Both the position numbers and the translations under genes were made by a program. Source: Trichoplax adhaerens (taxonomy: Eukaryota; Animalia; Placozoa). From it: a DNA stretch of 64,000 bases. The notes beneath the pieces are model-generated. The model saw only the letters and a list, made by a program, of their open reading frames with translations, was not told the origin of the DNA and made no database searches. The stretch's first letter is position 1. Every line of letters begins with the position of its first letter. The DNA is taken from contig NW_002060944.1 in NCBI RefSeq assembly GCF_000150275.1, positions 6,485,102 to 6,549,101 on the forward strand, in the 5' to 3' direction. Positions 1 through 11,623 of this stretch are shown piece after piece.

Positions 1-1224
1 ATTTTAACTTGTATGAATTTCTATAGCTGATCGATTTCTTCATATTATCTCGTTTGCGGTAAGTTAGATTGTCTAAATATGATGATGATAGCAAACAGTA
101 ATCGATAGAGAATCATTATGCAAGGTCAATAATTGTTATACAAAAAAGATTGAATTCGGTTCAATTGTCTAAGTTGGAAAAGTAGAATACTGTCATGCAA
201 AGGATATAAGCAGGAAGCTAAGAATAAATAGTGAAAGATATTGCCGTCATTATCCACTAGTACGTAAGGAGTAGAGCATATAAATTTTTTTGATTTGTAT
301 CACATGGGGCGTCTTGAAGGTGTAGCAAACTGATTGACACGATGGTCATAGAATCAAGTAGGAAGCAACAATAAATAACATCTCTTCCTCATGATTTTGA
401 TCATTTTTTGTCCGAATACGAAGATATGGTCCATTCACGGGCCCAATAGTAATGAATGAGCGTAATCTACCTTGCCTAAAATTGTAATTGTTGTCGTTTT
501 GGTAAGATGACACAAAATTGTCATTATTATACAATATTAGTCATTTTACAAGTCGTAGGTTACAAGAAGAATCGGCAGATGGCTCCTATTTAACAATTTT
601 TTGAATATAATGAAAACCAATCTATTGGACAATTTCAGATGAAGAAAGTAGAATTCAATCTACTGCTATTGTTGACCATAATTATTAGTTGATCAGTTGC
701 TTTTTAGATGTCTTCTTACCTATGGACATACAATACAAAATCTCCTAATTGTCAGTCTACCTGTATCCACTCATGCCCACGCTTAATTTACGGACATATT
801 GCTATAGCAATCCCCCATGTCTGTAACTAATTATCGATTATTCTAGACACGCACTAATAGAATAAAAAATAATATGAATCCACCAACCCACTTGCATTTA
901 TACGCGATACAACTGTGATATATCAGGTAATCTGATCGGTAATTTTTTTTCAAAATAATATTTATACCTTTCCATTTTATAAAAAAAATTTTTATCAATT
1001 CCTTTTTCTGCTCTTGTGAAGTTGTGCTGTAATTACTTCACGCTTCAAAATCCTTCGTTTTAAGTAACACTAAGCAAATAAAATTATAAAAAAAAATAAA
1101 TTACAAAAAAATTGCTAGCTGAAATCATTGAACATGTTACTTTCTATTCTCCAACAGGATTAGGCTTATGTATGCATAATGATATTAAATTAATAATTTT
1201 TATTCTTTTCCTAATACATTGTAG

Positions 1225-1976
1225 TATCGGATAAATGGAATAAAACTATAGCCAAAGCAATATCTCCATCATCATTGTTGCCATTATCAATAAATGATAG
1301 AAATAATCCGTCAGTTTCAGACAATCATCCACCGATAACTCATCGAACGACAATAAATTCAACTATACCACAGGAGCTATTATTAAATAGTACAATTTTG
1401 CCACCATCCGTAGACCAGACAAATTCAAACAATACCGATCATAATCAGGATCATAGCATGGTTAATAGCAATAATATCGATCATCATCGCCATCCGCAAG
1501 GTAATAATAGCCATCGTCACCAAAATAACAATGATGACAACAATAACGACAACAACTATTACATCAATACTAATCAAGTTATGGTTGTGACAACACAGTG
1601 GCAACAGCAATCTACCTCGCCATCATCTCCAGGTTTAGCAACAACTAGGACAAATACAAATCGAGGGAGGTATTTTTCTCCTCGTGAAATAAAATGTTGT
1701 AACATAGCAATGGTGAGTGGTGACCGTCATTATCCATGTAATGTTTATAGACAGACACAAGAACGAAATGATCAAATAGAACGACATAAGAAAAGCTTGA
1801 ACACTAATAATGTGAACCTTAGAAAAAAGCTAGTGAAAATATTTAAAGCTGCAATTGCAGAATTGCAAGAGGTTCAACGCTGTACTGATACTTCAAAGAA
1901 AATCCGTCATTATGAAAGATGTTGTACATCAATGAATTATTTTCGATTGGTTCGTAAGTCTAGAAAACGAGGTTAA
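1225..1976 (+). CDS. Orphan ORF / probable terminal exon: N/H/D/T-rich low-complexity N-half, then a Cys-containing basic helical C-half
   Basis: The 233-aa ORF (1275-1976) extends without a stop to a splice acceptor (ttgtag| at 1224). A possible 12-nt micro-exon at 1158-1169 joins in frame. A 750-nt open frame is unlikely by chance in this AT-rich DNA. No family recognised; true start unresolved (first in-frame ATG at 1458). Confidence 0.4.
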
Positions 1977-3593
1977 ATAATATTGCTCAAAAAGCAATAT
2001 TAAACTTTAAACCTTGAAATTGTTTCATTAATCTATCACCTGTTTATCATATTATCGCGTATAGTATTGAGTGAATTTCCCACAAATCAAATGATTGATC
2101 CGATTGACTGCTTAAAAACATTGACAGAAGCCAGCTGCGAGGATAACATAATATCATAATTAGGCAGCTATAGATAACCTTATACACCCACTATATTATT
2201 TATCGTAAAGTTTAATTAAAATTTTGTCTAGCCTTCGCCATTACAGGTTGGATAATAATTTTTAAAATGAAACTTTTCTTAATAGAATTTTATGTAACCC
2301 ATGGATTTATTAAGTGTGCATATATCTTTAACTAAAGTAAAGTCGTACAGTTACCTGCTATTAATATCAATCGATCATATCAGATTATAGCGTTATAACA
2401 GGAAATTAAAACAAGGTTTATGAACTATACACATGGTATGCACATTAATTGTAATGTATATTCATGTGTAATATATTTTAATTTATAACCATGTTTTATC
2501 TAAAATAAGGTATTAGTATTCATACATATCAGTTCATGTTTAGATGGCATATATTACAGATTCATGATAAGCTTAGATATTAGCAATAATTCGTCTAATG
2601 AGAAAGAAAGGTTTTCTACATATAATAATTAATAATTTATTACTGTGTTTGCGGCAAACCTTAAAAAAATATGCTTGTCGACAAGCCGGCTTATTATTTT
2701 ATTGCCAAGGATTCCTATTATTATGTATCATTGCTGTATGCATATTCAGTTATCTGATCAACACAAGACATTTAAGAAAAATGTTTATGAAATTTGCATA
2801 GTCGATTCAACCAAAAATGATTCCATCCAATTATTGGCTTTTGCTCCATCAGTAATGTGACTATCTAAAATGCCAAAATAGCACTATATTTATTATAATC
2901 AACATGAGTTACATCGAAACAAAGTATAAAAATGATAATCTCAAGCAAAAAAATCCGTTACTATCAATGTAACTTCATTGGATGCTAATCATGATCATGA
3001 TATGGTTTAAGTTTGGGAGAAAATACGTCTGATCAAAAACTTTTAAAATTTTAATCGTAAACATGTATTTTAATCACATACCCTTCTGTACGAGTACGGG
3101 TACAGACTGTATACATACGCATACTCGTACATCGATATGCTAATTCTACGTATGCTGTATACTGTGACAATTATTAATTATTTGTGTGTGGTCACAACAT
3201 TAACATACATGAAGTATTTAAACAAGAATTCTGGTATCTATTCTCGCATGAGTACATCATATGCTTAACTAAAATAGAACATAATTCCAATAAATATTAA
3301 TAACTGCAAAAGATTTACGTAACAAAGTAAATTCCGATATTACTTACTACCATTAACAAACATTGAATAATATTATTGTACTTGTAAAACTACTATACAG
3401 TATTCAAATATTCGCATAAATTAAACAGGTCTATGTATCTTGATAAACAACCATGCAACAGTTATATTTATTCAACAAAAAATTTTTGATTATCACCTGA
3501 TGTCAATGATAGATTTCTATCATATAATTGATATAATCTAATTAAATATCATATATACGGTATTATGAAATAGCATAAAAAATTTTAAAATGG

Positions 3594-6500
3594 TCAGTCA
3601 TCCTCTACTTGGTTTTCAAGAGACAGATTGTCATCTTTATCACTATTGCAGTTAATTTTTCTTTTCCATATAAACACCATACCCTAAAAATTGATATTAA
3701 TATTATTATCATTGTCATTTATCACATTGCTAAGTCTACTTGTAATATCAAGGTTGTTTATCGTAAACTTGAATGTAATAAGGAAATAAAAATACATACT
3801 AGAGAATCACTTGAAGCCAAAAAACTTTCGTCGTAATTCCAAGAAACACCCAAAACTGGGGCAGAATGACCGTGTAATATATTCACAGAGGCATTTTCAT
3901 CATTTTTTTCGATGTTATACAGATGAACACATAGATCTTCACTTCCTGTCACTATAAGGCACGGTAAATGAAAGACGCCTTAATTGCAAATAATTATTTT
4001 CTACACTATGCGTACTGTACATATATGCATATACGGTTATAAATAAAAATTTAGAATTCAATCAGGCATGATAGGTAAAACGTACATGATTAGGAATTAG
4101 TTTTATCTATAAAGACTATTTACAGTATTAATAATTAGATGAGGATACAAACACTATAAATAAACAACAAAAATATTTCAAGTAGTTCGCTTACCTACGC
4201 AAGCACCCTCACGAAATGACATTATCGGACAAAATGTACTTTTAATATCTTGCTTGCTATGCCATACCGGATATGAACTTTTCAATTCAGCATTACCATC
4301 TGGTGAAATTATTCTAATTTTCAATTATAAATTAACTGTAAAATTTCTACCATTGTCTATCTTGAAAATGAAGCAAATCGAAATTTCTATATACGCCTGT
4401 GTTCAGGGTAGGTTTATTATAATTATTAACGAAAAACTAGTAAAACCGGTAGGAGAATACCACATAGCGAAAGATTAATTCCTGTAACAACATTAAAGAC
4501 TCAATAATAGGTATACCTTAACAACCACAAGCTATCTCTCATAGTATTCATTAATAATACTGGATTTTTCCCTTCTCGATTGGACCAGCTACGAGATACA
4601 ATCGAAGTAATCGGGCTACCTTCATTTATAGTAATCCTACATGATATAGTAGATGAATTTTCGTTTAAAAAAAGTGGTACCTTAATGAATTAACCATAAT
4701 TAATAGCATACTACATTATTGTAAGCGTACTTTCTACTCTTTATAATTTTTCCCGTCATTGTATCGAAAATAAACGAGTAGATATGTCCCTGAAGTTCGA
4801 AGTGTTAGAGCAGTAATTTAAATAAATGAGAATTATCAGTGAGTACTAGGCCTCAATAGCAATAATAACAGGGCCTACTTTAGTGTCACCGGACCAAAGT
4901 ATTTTTCCATTTATATCAAATGCAAGGCATTTTACTACCCCTGAAACTTTGTTGCCACCACCCTAAGAAATCAAATAGATAATAACGTCTCTTAACATTA
5001 ATGAACTTGTATAACTTCCTAAAGGTCATACAGCAATAAATGGCGATTACTTCATAGTGTATTAAGTATAGTTCTTAGTTTTGCAGTTATATCTCAGGTG
5101 AATATACCTTAATTCTTTTACCAGTAGAAGTATTATAGACTTGTACTTGCCATTTAGAGTTGCCAGTCTAACCAGAGTTTTACTCGTTAAGAAAACAAGA
5201 CTATAAACTGGTGCCATCAATATAGATGGTTATACTGTAGCTATCATTCATAATTACAGTGATATCATGTTATTTATATACTTTGCAAGTGTAAGGATAC
5301 AACAACATGGTTATTATTAACTGGATGAAATATACAACAGTTAACTTCAGACGATCCATAATCATTAACAACCCTAAGGCATGATCCACCAACAGAATTC
5401 CATATGCGCGTTGTTTTATCGGAAGAAGCACTCATAATTAAATCATTTGTTAGAGACCAAGAAAGATCTGAGGATATCCAGTGTACCCCCAATGATAAAT
5501 AATGATAGTATTAGTTATAAAGAGGTCATGATAACTACATCAGTTCACTGTATAGCAATTTAAATACCTTGCTTTAATTGTTACTAACACGATGTATTAC
5601 TTACCGTTTATACTGTTAGTATGTCCTTTTAATACAAATTGTACAGTAGGTGGATTAAGTCTAAGTATAGAAATAGTACCATCGACAGAACAGCACGCCA
5701 GTCTATCTCGTTCTTCATTAGCAAATTTAACAACCTTGACTGATAATTGATAAACATATTTGATTTCCATAGACAGGTAAAGTCAAAAAAAATTAATTGT
5801 AAAGACTATACAACATCCATATAAAGTAAATTAAATTATGGTAGATGGAATATTTTACCTGCTTTCATATGCTGATGAAATACATGATAAACAGGTTCGA
5901 ATTGATAGTACTGCTCGATATTTTGATTGCCAGCTAATTTTCTATTGTAGAGTTGCATATTAGCAGAGCAAATAGTTAATCCGTCATATACATAAAGATA
6001 GTTTATAACAGATCGAATGAACATTATTAAGAAGGCTTTCTCGATAGCTAAAATAATTTACTTGCTAGCTTTTGCATCTTCCGTTGGTATAACGTTTTCG
6101 TTGTCAAGTTGAGGAACAATTAGAGTTTTAGTATTATTAGCTGCTGTATTCTTGTCTTCATAGTTGATAGAACCTAGACTTGTTGAACGTGGTCGTAAGA
6201 AGGAGAAAGAACTATCACTTTGTAAACGGCTATGTCTAGGTGATCTATTGGTAGAACTTGGGGATGAGGATCCAAGTTGCAATGATACAGATCCAATAGG
6301 TTGCTATAATATTTAATATAGACATTTTTCATTTTATATATTAGAAATTTTGCCAGCTTCTATTACAGTATAATTTATACCATAAATGGCTAATGTTTTT
6401 AATAGTAAACACGGTATGTCTAATTGTAGTCCTATAAGAAATAAGATTAAAATTGAGTTAACCTCATATAACGATTCCGCTCTACTTCTAATACTAGGAT

Positions 6501-8207
6501 CACGGCTTCTAAAAATTAAGAATACAAAATGTAATACGAACGAGTTGTACTATATATTGTAAATTAAATAATAATAACAAGCGTTATGAAAACTGACCTC
6601 AAATCAGGAACACTTCCGTATTTTATAGTTAAAATTTGAGTTCTGATTTTCAGATATTGTTTTCTAATATTTGGATCCAACTGTACAAATATTGGGTTAA
6701 TGTTTAATAACTTTATATTGAAGCAACATCAATATCGATAAGCTATAATTTTAAAATAAGGCATATTTTGCCAGATATATAATGGCATCCGTGGTATTCT
6801 AAGTAATAATTTGCATTGTTCCATTTGTGTATGATTACTGTAGTAAAAAAGATATGTTTCAAGCTAGTTACATCATATTCAAAATTTATTATTGTACCTC
6901 TTTTTTAGTATTTTCGCGCAGTAATTGTGTTCTTCTCTTGAGATACAATGTTCCTATAATTTGGTACAGTATGTTAGTAGCTGTTTCATACATTGCTGAT
7001 TTTCTTGATATAACAGCGCATAAAGTAGAGAAAGATTGTGAGATGTTTATAATTCTCATACTGTCAGTACTTGGATAATATTATCAAGCCAATACTTGCG
7101 TATAGAAGGGATATCGTTTTATAAAGATTCTAACAGTTCAATTGTAAATTACAGTATATCTTTAAATGCATGGAATAAAAACGAAGATGTATTCAATATT
7201 CATAAGTTAAAGGATGTAATTGAAATATGATAATTGTATTGTAAACTTCATCAACTTACACTTACGAGTATAAATACTCCTATATACTGTTGTGATTGGT
7301 TTTAATACATTATACAAGTTCGTGGGCAACAAAAAGTCTGTGATTTCTTTCTATGTTGTTTGGACCGGATCGGCAATCAGGTTATACTCTAGAATGATTC
7401 ATTTTCATGGCTGTGGAGATATCTTTGCAAAGTAGCCTTGTCATATTTCGTAAATTAGTGATATAGTAAAACCATTTAGTAATTAGATACTTTTACTACC
7501 TCTCCATTAATTAATTAGAACTATTAAAAAACACGCGTATAAGTTGATTTATTTACTAATTTGGACAGAAAATACGTATACAATTCACTAGATCAAATGT
7601 CGATAGACCAAGACACGATACTATATCGTCAAATTACTCTATTCAAATATGAGCTACTTCTAGCTACAGTATATCGGTAGTCAAAGAGAAATTTGTCATT
7701 GGATACTTTCGTTAACCGAGATGTAATTGCTTGATGGTAGAGTAGAAGCAGATTCCGATACTGTAAGTTGTTCGATGTAGTCAGCTACTAGTAAGTACAG
7801 TACGAGTATATATCTTGTAGGTGATAACTAAGCTTTACACATTCGTATCCTTGCAATCCGGATTGATATAATTAATATAATACATTACAATTAGATATAC
7901 ATGAAATAACGGAATCAGTCCTAGGAAGATGGATCATCCATCACTTTATTTATTACAAGCATGACTATTCTGCTTAATGCAATCAATGATGTCCGTGAAG
8001 ATGGCACTTGCCGTTGTCATTTGTACTCATGGCAGTGTAGAAGAAATGATCATTTGCAAGAGAGAATATTTCTTGGAAAACGACGATCAAATTATTTCCA
8101 AGATGGCTAATTTCTAAATCAATTCACTTACTTATTCGTGGACTATTCGCTGTCCTACACATGCTATAATGCGAATCAAAAGCCGCAATTTGCTGTGCTA
8201 TATTCAT
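3594..8207 (-). CDS. WDR13: WD repeat-containing protein 13 (about 523 aa, 15 exons)
   Basis: GT-AG exons, all in frame: 8132-8207, 6898-6953, 6598-6680, 6463-6508, 6062-6303, 5859-5941, 5605-5739, 5301-5467, 5108-5167, 4879-4962, 4731-4789, 4517-4636, 4195-4313, 3800-3951, 3594-3683 (1572 nt). Motifs match WDR13: MNIAQQIAAFDSHY, RTLYLKRRTQLLREN, VKFANEERDRLACCSVDG, FCPIMSFREGACVVTGSED, GHSAPVLGVSWNYDESFLASSD. Confidence 0.95.
5168..5300 (-). other. U12-type (minor spliceosome) GT-AG intron in WDR13
   Basis: Donor reads GTATCCTTAC (U12 consensus RTATCCTT). Branch-like TTTTCTTAAC ends 18 nt upstream of the 3' end, with no strong polypyrimidine tract. Flanking exons join in frame (NHVV|TGNSK). 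Confidence 0.8.
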
Positions 8208-8286
8208 GATTGATTTGACGACGGAGTAACCATGTTGTGCTTTGAGCCAAAACTGGAGATTTTGGCTCTTTCACTTTAGCTTGGCC

Positions 8287-8485
8287 ACTGTACACTAGTG
8301 TACAGTACAGTAGAAGTTTACTGTGTTCAGTATATTATCACGCACTAACTGGTACGGTACTGTAGGGAGCAGCGCACCATACGGTACGAGCAGTTCAGTC
8401 AGTACTGTGTATAATACAGTACAATTTAGCATGTACTGTACACTGTACAGTACTGTACTGTACGGTTACCCAAGGTACTACGGTA
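8287..8485. promoter_or_regulatory. TACWGTA/TACSGTA motif cluster at the WDR13 5' end (putative promoter)
   Basis: Eight exact TACAGTA/TACTGTA (8301, 8306, 8358, 8415, 8434, 8446, 8451, 8456) plus TACGGTA copies within about 200 bp, starting about 80 bp upstream of the WDR13 ATG. Confidence 0.6.
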
Positions 8486-8494
8486 GCTCTCGGA

Positions 8495-8969
8495 CATCTT
8501 GTTTCGGGATTTACTGGAAGATTAGATTTATGAAGGTGGCACAGCAATCGACCAGAAGACTGGCTAAAGTAAAACATATTTCAATTAGCAATATCCTATC
8601 AGTACAGTACAATCGAAAACGAATAAGAAAGTGTTGTTGAGACTCAATTCTTCATCATGTTTCGGGATTTACTGGAAGATTATGATTTATGAAGGTGGCA
8701 CAGCAATCGACCAAAGGACTGGCTAAAGTAAAACATATTTCCATTGGCAATATCCTATCAGTATAGTACAATCAAAAACGAATAAGAAAGTGTTGTTGAG
8801 ACCCAATTCTTCATCATGTTTCGGGATTTACTGGAAGATTATAATTTATGAAGGTGGCACAGCAATCGACAAGAGGACTGGCTAAAGTAAAACATATTTC
8901 AATTAGCAATATCCTATCAGTACAGTACAATCGAAAACGAATAAGAAAGTGTTGTTGTGACTCAATTCT
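8495..8969. repeat. Tandem repeat, 3 copies of about 158-159 bp
   Basis: Unit begins catc(t/a)tgtttcgggatttactggaagatt and ends gtgttgttg(a)gactcaattct. GTTTCGGG anchors at 8501, 8659 and 8818. Copies differ by only a few substitutions/indels. Confidence 0.95.
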
Positions 8970-10274
8970 ATTCTTGCGGAAGCGTGCACGTTCTACTCTT
9001 AAGTCTATAACAAAAGCTGGAATCTTCCGTTTTCTGATGGTGGATGAAACTGATCTTTAGAAGGCAAATAGCTCATCAGTAATAACACTATCAAATTCTC
9101 TCCGGTCCAATGTTATCATGCAACACTGGTATTTACAGTTTAATGAAAATTTACTTCTCGACAAGATAAGGAGAAAGCTAAATCTACAAATCTTCTCCCT
9201 GAACCGCGTAGAAGGGCACTAAAATCTATCCAAGAAACACTTTAGAACACTTCTCCCTGATTCCCAGTGATTTGCACGGTATTGACTTTGTGCTAAACAT
9301 TAAATTTAAGAATTTCATTCAGGGAGGTCACAAAACGGCTTTGCAACAAGATAACGTAATGTACGATTAGTAAGTCAATTCCCCGAGCCATATATCTGGG
9401 AATAATATCTGCACTATCAGGAACACTCCTTCCTCTATTAACAGGCAGCACAAAGACTAACTACGATTCATGAACTATTGTAAAGGATATATAAATGCGG
9501 TATACCGCATAATATAATTCCGTTCTTAAAATTAGTGCTCAACATAAAATACGAGGCAGGCCTCATAGTAAGATTATCTTTGAAGGCATTCAATGAGTTA
9601 GAAGCTAACTTTACCTACTGCTACCCAATGAAGACAATAGTATTTACGAACATAGATATCTAATAACTAGTGCAAAATAATCAGATTGCAATCGTAATAT
9701 CACGAAACATTTTTATGATCATCTACTATTAGAAAGTTACAATCACAGGGATTCGAACCGTGAATAGATTATTCTTAATTCCCTAATTTAACTATTTATC
9801 TCAGAACACGTATATATATCACTATTACAACAAGCTAGTGCTATATTTGGTATATCTAAATTAGAAACAAATTAAATAAGGGTAAACCAACAGAATTATC
9901 CTAAAATATTTCTACTCTAATCTCGACAATACAGTATAAAACACTGTAACAAGGGACATCTAAAATCCCTGCTTTATAGTGCGCTATGCTGAGCTTATAT
10001 GTATGCATTTCTAAAATAGCTAGAAGTTATAATTAATTGGAATCGATAGCACCTATAAATCAGGTTGCAAATTTATATCGAAATACCTAATTTATCAATA
10101 ATGCGAGATTTGAAGGACATAGAGATCTGATAACTAACACAAAATAGCTTGAGCACAGTGTACCCATTTATGGAATTAGTTTAGGCATAATATGCAGCCT
10201 ACTACAGCTCACTCACAATCACATATTTCGTTACAAAACGTTTAAATTAATTAATATGAACTTTCGCAATCTGA

Positions 10275-10378
10275 ATAAGGCTATACTACTAAACACTAAT
10301 TTCTTAAGATAATTGTAATATACAAATACGCATGTTACAATTATCTTAAGAAATTAGTGTTTAGTAGTATAACCTTAT
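10275..10378. repeat. Long inverted repeat / hairpin (44-bp arms, 1 mismatch, 16-nt spacer)
   Basis: 10275-10318 ataaggctatactactaaacactaatttcttaagataattgtaa is the reverse complement of 10335-10378 at all but one position. Confidence 0.95.
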
Positions 10379-10440
10379 AGTGTGCAGTGTATAGTACATA
10401 CATATATTTTATCCACAACCAAATCTTTTATGTGGTATAT

Positions 10441-10534
10441 GGCGAATACTATATTGAAGCCCCTAAAACTATCAATCAATATGGATTTGATTGTAGTTTT
10501 TAGAATGGTCTACAGTTCATAATACAGTATCGCC
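10441..10534. repeat. Imperfect inverted repeat / hairpin (about 94 nt)
   Basis: Outer ggcgaatactatatt pairs with aatacagtatcgcc. Inner ctaaaactatcaatcaa (10463-10479) pairs with ttgattgtagtttttag (10487-10503) around a 7-nt loop. Confidence 0.7.
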
Positions 10535-11299
10535 TTCGCTTATATTCACTGTCTTACTGTAAGTATTTCGTTAGTGCAGTTTTACCGAATGAAAGAGAAC
10601 TACGACACAAAGCGCTAGTATTGTCCATAGAGGTTTTCTAATATCTCTATGGTATCGACTTTAGTGATGCCGGTACGACTATCATGTAGATTTAGAAGTA
10701 GGTTATCGACTGAATTTCAGTATAAAATCTGATTCAACTGCTTTAGCCAAATTATCATTCGAATAGAATGCATTGATCACAAAATAATTAAGCATAGCAA
10801 TGATAAGTCAGTGGGTATCGCATTTAGCAAAATTGCCATATTGTGTACCCCCTTTTGTGTAATTCTATAATAGTGTTCACTATCGCGTCACAAATAATAA
10901 CCAATTATGGTTGCCTAGATGCATCCTCATACTGGTGCATTTTAATAAAATAAACTATTCTGACAGGTTAAGGTTAAAATAGTAGGGTTTATTGCAGTCG
11001 ATGAGATTCCATTCAGTACTTCTACTCCCCATGACCTACGCGAACAGATTCCAACACTATTGAAAGTTTATATTGTACGACATCAATATACTATAAACTT
11101 CCAACTTTTACCTCTAAAATTCTCTCGTCTCTAAACAGTTGGAAAGACAGCAGCAGGCATGCAATCACTCTAGTAGAAGTGTATAAACACGAAATAAGAA
11201 AGCCAAAAGCCAAAAAAAAAAAAAAAATGGAGGTATGGAATACAGACGGACAGGCGGTCGTACTCTTGTACTATCCTGTACTACTCAGTACTATATAGC

Positions 11300-11623
11300 A
11301 GCTAAAACACTCGTAGAGAATCTATACAAATGCATAGTATCTGCTGGAACAAGTTCCAAACAATAATTGCGTACGATTTATAGAGGACGATAATGGATAC
11401 CGATCGTCATAACAACCGTCTACTGGAGCTGGCTGGAGTCAAGGAGTCCTTCCCACTCTGATTTTAAATACTTTCAAGATCAAATTGGATTGAAAGGAGA
11501 AAAGATATCAGCCCCTTTTTTACTGAAGAGGATTCCGAACTTCTCATTCATTATCCCTCTTTCCCCCCCATGCTATCCACGAAGACATCATCCTATCCTA
11601 GGCTCGAATCCATAAATGACGGT
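11300..11623 (+). other. Candidate non-coding leader exon of the Josephin gene, carrying uORFs
   Basis: GC-richer block after a poly(A) tract and tac/gta motifs, ending in a strong donor ggt|gtaagt (11624). A strong acceptor (long pyrimidine tract, cag| at 15099) lies 23 nt before the Josephin ATG. The 5' boundary is approximate and the link to Josephin is inferred. Confidence 0.4.

Noticed and set aside
4461-4481. 21-nt ag/gt-flanked segment as an extra WDR13 micro-exon
   Set aside because: Flanking exons already join into a gap-free WDR13 match (LWLLR|IISPDG); inclusion creates an immediate stop and the donor is weak.
8323-9060. ORFs 8323-8640, 8395-8577 and 8848-9060 as genes
   Set aside because: They are read through the TACWGTA cluster and the 159-bp tandem repeat; copies differ by frameshifts and stops, and no protein motif is present.
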